Below, piece after piece: positions 63,749 to 64,000 of a stretch of DNA of 64,000 nucleotides (the stretch's first letter is position 1; each line of letters begins with the position of its first letter). This DNA comes from Paraspadella gotoi (Eukaryota > Animalia > Chaetognatha): the NCBI GenBank assembly GCA_051294375.1, contig CM119263.1:25944436-26008435 (forward strand), written 5' to 3'. The notes beneath the pieces are model-generated. The model did no database searches. It saw only the letters and a program-made list of their open reading frames with translations, and had not been told where the DNA came from. The position numbers and the translations under genes were made by a program.

Positions 63749-64000
63749 TAAACAGAAAAGAACAGAACCGCTTAATGGTGATAGTTTCGGAGAAACGAAA
63801 TTGGGGGCAGGGTGCGTTGCAGAAAAGCAAGTTTTAAATAGAATAGGGGGGATAAAACCTCGACTTTATTTTACCAAAACCAGGATAAGCTTAAGCTATA
63901 TTCCGTCCGTCTTTTTAAGCTCTTTGGTAAAATGGGGGAGATGATGGCAGAGGGAAATGAAAAATTCCTTAACCTCACTCGGCAGGAACATTGAGGAAAA

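Overview
AT-rich, intron-containing eukaryotic DNA, probably an invertebrate animal, from a gapped draft assembly with long-read-type indel noise. The main gene is an 11-exon minus-strand type I transmembrane leucine-rich-repeat protein (38116-47462). I reconstructed it from splice sites and exon phases; it includes a GC-AG intron and a 39-nt microexon. A broken partial duplicate of its exons 3-5 is stretched over about 5.6-36.7 kb. A divergent 7TM/GPCR-like gene is nested antisense in intron 4 and is broken in both copies. The window also has an intronless multi-pass membrane ORF (12-1526) and the start of a secreted, prohormone-like gene (3.5-4.5 kb, minus strand). The rest is mostly mobile DNA: Penelope-like/retrozyme fragments carrying six minimal type I hammerhead ribozyme motifs with stem covariation; two Helentron-type non-autonomous families, one hosting a 2.5-kb 18-nt satellite; a Gypsy 5' LTR-PBS-gag remnant; MITEs; SINE-like pieces; and many microsatellites. 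Several near-identical duplications next to N-gaps may be assembly artefacts. Family assignments were made by eye, without database searches.
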